DNA of 58,793 nucleotides, filler included, from Jimgerdemannia flammicorona (taxonomy: Eukaryota), in assembly GCA_003990765.1 (NCBI GenBank). It is 2 parts of 2 records of this genome, joined end to end, with 100 filler letters (N's around TTAATTAATTAA, not from the genome) between each part and the next. Parts side by side here need not be neighbours in the genome. Positions count along the whole stretch, not along the records: positions 29,451 to 58,793 come from RBNJ01000503.1; 1 more part is not named here. One strand, written 5' to 3'. The position numbers and the translations under genes were made by a program. This document shows, piece after piece, positions 51,545-58,793 of this stretch (position 1 is its first letter; the number at the start of each line of letters is the position of its first letter). Under the pieces are notes generated by a model. That model searched no databases, was not told the DNA's origin, and worked only from the letters and a program-made list of their open reading frames with translations.

Positions 51545-52525
51545 ATGGTGTCACTTCAGCTTAAATTATAGATGAGATGGAGTCAGGATGAACAATAGAC
51601 ATGCTGCTTCAGCTTAAGATCAGATGAACAATGGAAATATGTCACCTTAGCCCAAGATTGGATAAATAATAGACATATACTGCCCCAGCCTAATATGTTA
51701 CTTCAGCTTGAAATTAGGTAAATAATGGACATATATGCTGCTTCAGCTTAAGACCAGGTAAACAATAAACATATACTACCCCAGCCTGATATACTACTTC
51801 ATCTTGAGATTGGGTGAACAATGGACATATATTGCCTAAGCTCAATATACTACTTTAGCTTGAGATTAGACATATACTACCCTAGCTCAATACACTGCTT
51901 CAGCTTGAGATCAGGTGAACAATAGACATATACTGCCCCAGCCTAATATACTGCTTCAGCTTGAGATTGGATGAATAATAGATATATACTGCCTCAGCCT
52001 GATATACTGCTTTAGCTTGAGATCAGATAAATAATAGATATATGCTGCCCCAGTCCAATATGCTACTTCAGCTTAAGATCAGGTGAATGATAGACATATA
52101 TATCACTTTAGCTTGAGACCAGGTGAACAATAGACATATACTGCCCCAGCCTGATATACTACTTCAGCTTGAGATCAGATAAATGATGGACATATATGCC
52201 ACTTCAGCTTGAGATCAAGTGAATGATGGATATGTGCTGCCTCTATCCAATATATTACTTCAGCTTAAACAATAGACATATATACCACTTTAGCTTGAGA
52301 CTAAGTAAATGATAGATATATGCTACTTCAGCTTGAATAATAGATATATATATATACTACTTTAGCTTGAGATTGAGTAAACAATAGATATATATACCAC
52401 TTTAGCTTGAGACTGAGTGAATGATGGATATATCACCCCAGCCTGATATGCTACTTTAGCTTAAGATCAAGTAAATGATAAATAGATACCACTTCAGCTT
52501 TGAGATTGGATTGGAGCCAGGATAT
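51545..52525. repeat. About 1-kb diverged tandem array with mixed units of roughly 38 and 58 bp
   Basis: Repeated (atatactgccccagcctg)atatgctacttcagcttgagatcaggtgaacaatagac. Confidence 0.92.
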
Positions 52526-52599
52526 ACTTTATTACTATAATTAATTTCTTAAACTAAATAACTAACCAATCAACTAACTATATTTTATTATAGAAATTA

Positions 52600-53760
52600 T
52601 ATAAGAAATATATTGTCCATGGAAAAGATTTTCTTCATCTATATATTAATTATAGACTTACTACTAATCAAAAAGCTAGTTACTAGAACTAATCTCAAAA
52701 ATTGAACATAAATGAGTACAGGCTAAGATAGATATTTAAAAATGATATATATATTAGAAATATATTTAACAATTACAATTTATTATTTTTACATATCTTA
52801 GATCAAAAATATATACTATGCTACTAATTTTAAAGTACAAAAGCTACTTGAAGAGGAACAGGCTATAGTTAGATCTGATCTTTTAGATAAAGAAGATGAG
52901 ATTATAGAACAAAAGGTGTTTGATGGGTAAAATACAGCATGTTCTGATGCAATTCTTATAGAAGCTACTTTAGAAGAATCTAAAAAAGCTATTAGATTTG
53001 ACTTTGTTCAATATATAGCTTAAGAAGGGATTTATGATATTTCTCTACATACTCTTACTCAATATATTAGATAATATATATTAGTAATATTGATTAAATA
53101 TATATAAAGAAGATTTATATTTATAAGATTTTTATTAAATATATTTAGAATCTAGAATCTATATGAAGGATTTTATGCAATACAATATAAAGAGCTCTTT
53201 AATGAGATATTTAATCCTAATATTGTAACAGTATAAACACCTTTAGATATTTATATATATATATTTCAATAATGTGATTTTCCAGATAAAATAGATAAAT
53301 AAGATAATAAGTTTGGCTCTCAAGATAGAACAGTAAGTTTTATTTATTATTTATTAAATATTTTTATTAATTAAATTATTAAGTTATTAACTAATTTATT
53401 TATATATTTAATATTATAGTATTTAACTATAATGGTAATTTGCTCAACTGTCAGTTAGTATTATAGTGAAATTGTACAATAGTCTGATCAAAGATTTTAC
53501 TTTAATTCTCTACAAGGTGGATGGAAGGGGAATCCATCTTTATCTCATAAAGTTAGTAGATATATGCACAGCCTTCATAAGCAAAAAGCTCAAAATAGTG
53601 AAGCTATAGAGTCTGTATGTGTTTTGAAGCCTAAAGATATGAAAGATTTATATAATTATTATCAGAAAAATAGAGCAATTGGTATCTGCCAATATGTAAG
53701 TATTATTATGTTTTATGTTATATTTCTCTGATATATTAGAAATATGTAGGAATAAGAATA
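52600..53760 (+). pseudogene. Highly decayed intron-containing gene, probably the N-terminal part of a fungal Crypton-like tyrosine recombinase
   Basis: WKGNPSLSHKVSRYMHSLHKQKAQNSEAIESVCVLKPKDMKDLYNY at 53522-53660 resembles the GNPS.S..VS.YM.SL.RRK...GE...SARA motif I recall from fungal recombinase-like proteins. gtaag donors at about 53333 and 53696. The catalytic half was not found. Confidence 0.55.
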
Positions 53761-53918
53761 AGAGTAATGAGCACATTAATGAGTTCAAGGTAGATACATA
53801 TTAATAAGTTTAGAGCAGATGCCTAAAGTGGCCACTTAATCTCAAGCTGAAGTAGCATATTAGACTGAAGCAATATATGTCCATTATTTACTTAGTGAAG
53901 TGGTATATATATCTATTC

Positions 53919-56900
53919 ACCTTTCTCTGGTACTATTCACATTATACAAAACTTCAAAGCAATGGTTTCGACACAACTAGGAGAAAAGGTACTATCAATA
54001 TGTCTTCAAGCAAGAGTTCTGACAGGTATACTGGGTCAGGGGAAGCTGGGGCTTTCGGCTGGCAGAATGTGGGGAGGGGTTATGGCCTGGGGATGGGGGC
54101 CTTTGGAGGGTCGAAGGGTGGCAAGGGCTCTGGAGAAAGATCGGTGTCAGGTGGATCTGGAGGAAGGTCTGGTCCCTCCAGCTTTGCCGACAAGGTGAAG
54201 GCAGGTGGATGGCCTACTGGGACAAGGGCTGGTGCTACTGATGGGAAGGGCAAGGCTAGTGTCAGGAGGGGGAGTGGCCCTTAGGGGGGAGTGGTGAGCA
54301 TAGGTACTGGTGGTGCTGTAGCTGGGGGTGTGACTGTTGATAGGTGTGTGATGGGGGATCAGGAAAAAAAAAGAGATATGATGGCTGATGGGGGAGTGGG
54401 GCAGGGGTTCCCGATGAAGAAGGGGGACCTGACCGATGGTGTGATGGGGCTAGTGGTGGCACCATTACTCAAGAAATCGATTTCAGAGTTTGCAGTGACA
54501 CTGTGCTTCCGAGACTTAGGGGTGACAGTGAGGATGGTCTTGGGGCTTATCTCGAAGCAGGTGGCTGGGGCGGCTTCAGTAAAATTCCTGAAGGGTCTGG
54601 AGGGAGTTGAGGTGGGCTTTGAGGAGGTGGGCCCACTGGAAGAGGCACTGAGGGCTGGAGTGGCAGTTGGGGAGGTGGTGGTCCCCATGGTATGCTGTTT
54701 GAGGTGGGACCCCAGGGTGGTGCAGCTGCTGGTGAAGGGGGTGCCCACAGTGATGAAGGAGGAGATGAGGAGGAGGGTCGAGGAGGTGATGGCGGAGTAT
54801 GGGGATGTGGTAGATGTTGGCTTCCAGGTGTGGGAGAGGGATGATGATTAGGACAGGCAATGTTGATGTCAGGATCTGGCTAGCAGGGAGGGAGGCCACA
54901 GGGAAGGCAGGTGATTGGCCCTCAGTGCTGATGTGGGGGGCATTTATTTGTAAGGTGTTGAGGGTGAAGGGGAGTGAGAAGGAGGAAGAGGATCTGTTGG
55001 AGGCATTAGAGGAGATGAGTGGTGTGGTGGAACAGCGGGCAAAGGCCTGGAAGCTCTATGAGGAGTCGACATACCTGGAGATTGTGGATGGGAAGTGTAT
55101 CTGCACTGACAAGAGGTAGTGGGAGTGGGCCCAGGGGCACTTGAGGCAGAGGGAGCTCTTGGCGAGTATGACAGGAGGGGAGAAGAGGAAGGTAGTTGGG
55201 GCTGAGGAGTCTGGCAGTGTTGAAGCCAGTGTATGGGCTAGCAAAGGAGGAAAGGAGATGGTGGTGACAGAAGAATGGACTGCAAGGGTGCTGGGCAAGG
55301 ATCTCTATGCAGATGGTACTTTCGAGGTTTGGGAGGAGGAGTCAGATAGCACCCCCCCCCCACTTGTCAAGAGGGGCCCGGTGGGGCGGCGAGGGGCAGC
55401 AGAAGATGTACCAATGCAGGGGGCCCAGAGAGTTACTTTTGGGGTCCCAGTTGTGGCAAAAGGGGGCCAGGTAGTGGTGGTTGGTGAGGACGAGTTGGTG
55501 GATGTCCCAGAGGAGGAGTGGAATGAGGATGCCAGTGTAGGGGCTGATACTATGATGCTGGATGCAGGGTAGCTGGGGACCCCTGGAGAGAAGGAGATTG
55601 GGAATCTGCTGTGGATGAGCAAGGTGATGGATAATCTTACAGCTGAGGCATTGGGGGAAGTGGATCTGAGGGCCATACCAGAGGAGCACTGGGCACAGAT
55701 TCTGCGAGGTGATGGAGTGGAGGGGGCACTGAAGGTGGAGATTCTTGCGATCTTACTGGAAGAAGATGGTTATGAGGTGGATGAGGTGAGGAAGGCAGAG
55801 TTGGTGGTTGTCGCTGGTGAGCGGGCTGCCTACTGTTGGGTGGAATGTCATGGTTTGCAGTTCTGGCAGGAGGCTTGTGGGGAGTATCAGGAGGACTTTG
55901 AGGAGAAAGAGGATGGGGCAATGGTTGTACTTCTGGAGGGGTTGGAGGCACAGGAAGCTGAGAAGAAGGAACTGGCTGCAGAACATGTCTTGGATTTGGC
56001 ACAGGAGGGCTTGCATGAGGATTTGTAGAGGAGAGGTTTTATCTTTAACAATATTCCTCATGAACAGTACAACTAACATTCTCTCTCTCAATATGAATGG
56101 ACTTCAGGGAAATGGGCAGCGTAAGAACATTTTTACTTGGCTAAAGATATTGGAGGCTGATCTCTTTTTACTGCAGGATGTACAGTGTGAGGATGAGGAT
56201 GATCGGGTGGAATGGACTATGGAATGGGGTGGGGCTACTGCTTGGTTTGGAAAGGTGGCAATTCTGGTAAAGAAGGGTAGAGGGGATTTGGAGGGAATTA
56301 AGAGCTGGGGAGATTGCTTGGTCTGGGGTGAATGGCACTAGCCAGGGTGAGAATCAGTGAGGGTGGGCTCTTGCTACTGCCTGGTGGCTAGGGGTGAGAG
56401 GATTGCATGGATCAAGGAACTACTAGAGGAGGGTGTTCTCTTAGAGGAAGGGGTCAATGTTCTTGGTGGTGATTTTAACATGGTTCGAGATTTGCAGCTG
56501 GATAGAACTGATGGAGGGAGGAATGCCGGTGGGAGGAGTGGTGGTCTAGATGTGTGGAAGGAGGTGGAAAATCTTAGCTCCTTAGGGGATATGGGCCGAA
56601 TGTGGTGGGGTGACTCCAGGGTCTACACGCACTGGGTAAATGGCCTAGGGACAAGGATCGACTGGATTCTGACAGCTGAATGTTGGGGTGCTGATGTCTG
56701 GAAGACTCTGGAGGTAGTGTGGTGCCCATGGTCTGATCACTGGGGCCTGTTTGGGCAGGGGCAGTTTGGGGGGAGTGGAGATGGACCCAGACATTGGTGT
56801 CTCAACTCCTCCCTGCTGAGTGAGAAGGGGTTGTGGGATTCATGGGTGGAGGACATCCAGGCAAAGGTTCCGCTCTAGAGGCGGGAGGGTTTGTCTGTGG

Positions 56901-58667
56901 GTGTCCATTGGATGAGGTTGAAGGAGACTGTGAGGGACTATTGGGGTGGAGCTGGGAGAGAGGCTGGGAGACAGAGGAGGAGGAGAATATGGTATGCTTC
57001 CAATCAGCTGAGGGGATTGTAGTTGGAGTGGGCAGATTTGCTTACATCTGATGAGGTGGAGGATTGGTGGTTAGAAAGGGCGAAATTGGATATTGTGGAA
57101 CTACAACAGGTATTGAGAGAGGAGGAGGAGACTCATATGCGAGGAATGGCAGCCAGGCTAAGGTGGCAGGGGCTTGAGGAGGGGGAGCGGCCTACTAGGT
57201 ACTTGTCTAGGCTACTCAAAGCCAGGCGGGTGAGACATCGGTGGGATGGGGTCTTGGATGCTGAGGGAGAGTTAGTGTATGGTACGCAGCAGATCCTGGG
57301 AGTATTGAAGGAGAATTGGTGGGGTCTGTGGAGTGAGGAAGAAGGGGGTACTGATGCAGAGGTGATTGGTGACACACTGGAGGAGTGGGAGCTGCCGCAG
57401 GTAGAAGGTCTGGGGGACTTGATCTTACCAGTCCTGGAGGAGGAGATCCAAGGAGTCCTGGCAGCAACTAAGCTTGGGACAGCGCCAGGGGAGGATGGGT
57501 TACTGTGGGACTTCTGGAAGAAGATGGCAAATGTCCCTGGAATGCTGGGGGAGATGGCTGCCCTCTGTGACTATGTTCTTCTAAATGGCATGTGGGTTGG
57601 AGAGCAGGACTTAGGGCTGGTGGCCCTATTGTACAAAGACAAGGACAGATGTGAGGATTGGAAGAACTAGATGCCAATCATGCTTCTGGATATAGATCGG
57701 AAGTTGGTAACTAAGGTGATTGTTGCGAGGCTACAGAAGGTTGCTCAACAGGTACTGGGTGAGGAGCAGCGGGGCTTTGTCGGAGGTAGACTTATCAGAG
57801 ATGGTACTGCCTGGGTGCATGGCATTATTGAAGGAGCCCGGGCCTGCAGATTAGATGGTAGACTGGTTTTTTTGGACCAGGAGAAGGCCTATGACCAGGT
57901 TCGGAGGGTTTGGCTGGAGCAAGGTGCTGGATAGAATTGGTGTTCTGCCACAGTTTCGGGCCTCTATGTTGAGTTTGTTGGAAGGGAGTAGAGCAGCACT
58001 GATGTGTAATGGTCACAGGGGTTTGGCATTTCCCTTGGGGAGAGGAGTCCCTCAAGGGGACCCACTGTCCCCTATTCTTTATGCACTCTCCTTGAAACCT
58101 TTGATGGATAGGATCTGTAAGAGGGTGGCGGGGCTCTCTGTATATGATGTGGAGTGGAAGGTGGGGGCCTTTGCAGATGATATGGTAGTTGGACTTGGAT
58201 CAGTAACTGATGTCGGGGCTCTTCGGGAAACAGTAGAGTGGTATGAGGCACACTCTGGAGCAAAGCTCAACTGGCATAAGTGTGAGATGATGGTGCTGAG
58301 GAATGGACTAGTAGGAGGGGATGTCATTGGAACAATTGTCCCCCTGGGAGAGGTGGTGCGGTATCTAGGTATCTTCCTCTCTATATATGGATCAGTCCTG
58401 CCCCAGGCATGGTGGGAGAGGAGGGTGGACATTTGGGGGGAGGCTCTGAAAGGTTGGGGGGGTCGTCACATCTCCCTGGCAGGGCGGGTGGTGATTCTGA
58501 ATGTATACTGATTCCCCAAGCTGTGGTATATGGCATATCACTTGGACTTTTCTGCTTGAGTGGTGAAGAGGTTGATGAAACTGGCTAGGGATTGGATTTG
58601 GGCAGGTAGAAGGGCCCAGATCAGTTGGGATACCTTTGTCGAGCCAGTGCTTAGGGGAGGTCTGGGC
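53919..58667 (+). mobile_element. LINE family 1 copy: intact 5' end, ORF1 (about 54000-56028) and ORF2 (56060 onward), interrupted at 58668
   Basis: 5' motif acctttctctggtactattcacattatacaa; SLNMNGL, LLQD, GGDFN, WSDH, PGEDGL, LDQEKAYD, GVPQGDPLSP, AFADD, RYLGI. Confidence 0.93.
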
Positions 58668-58793
58668 TAGTGCATCGCAACCCGAGCCGACCCGTGTACA
58701 TATTTAACCCGACCCGGAATTATACGTCACCCGTCTTTAACCCGACCCGGAATTATACGTCACCCGTCTTTAACCCGACCCGGAATAATACGT
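58668..58793. mobile_element. Terminus of a young CpG-rich insertion, probably a hAT-like DNA transposon, with 33-bp subterminal repeats; runs off the window
   Basis: Abrupt switch from LINE ORF2 to TAGTGCATCGCAACCCGAGCCGACCCG, then (TTTAACCCGACCCGGAATTATACGTCACCCGTC) about 2.7 times. Confidence 0.6.

Noticed and set aside
51545..52525. CRISPR-like appearance of the repeat array
   Set aside because: No unique spacers, the units are degenerate tandem copies, there are no cas genes, and the context is eukaryotic.

Overview
Eukaryotic, fungal-like heterochromatic DNA made almost entirely of nested, mostly decayed transposable elements. I found no ordinary host gene. The window is two contigs joined by an artificial N44-TTAATTAATTAA-N44 spacer (29351-29450), so the halves may not be adjacent in the genome. 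Contents: a Ngaro-type tyrosine-recombinase retrotransposon with split direct repeats (201-5410); many copies of two Tx1/L1-like LINE families; three Ty3/gypsy remnants, one with a dUTPase; a Crypton-like recombinase remnant; a satellite; and hAT DNA transposons. Most elements are stripped of CpG and carry many C>T/G>A stops. The most notable feature is a complete 6.4-kb hAT element (14363-20769, TIRs plus 8-bp TSD). It carries an intron-containing transposase and a convergent, spliced gene resembling TET/JBP-family Fe(II) dioxygenases (HxD...H). This element is visibly richer in CpG than its flanks, which suggests but does not prove a transposon-borne anti-silencing system. All family assignments come from motif recognition by eye; no database search was run.
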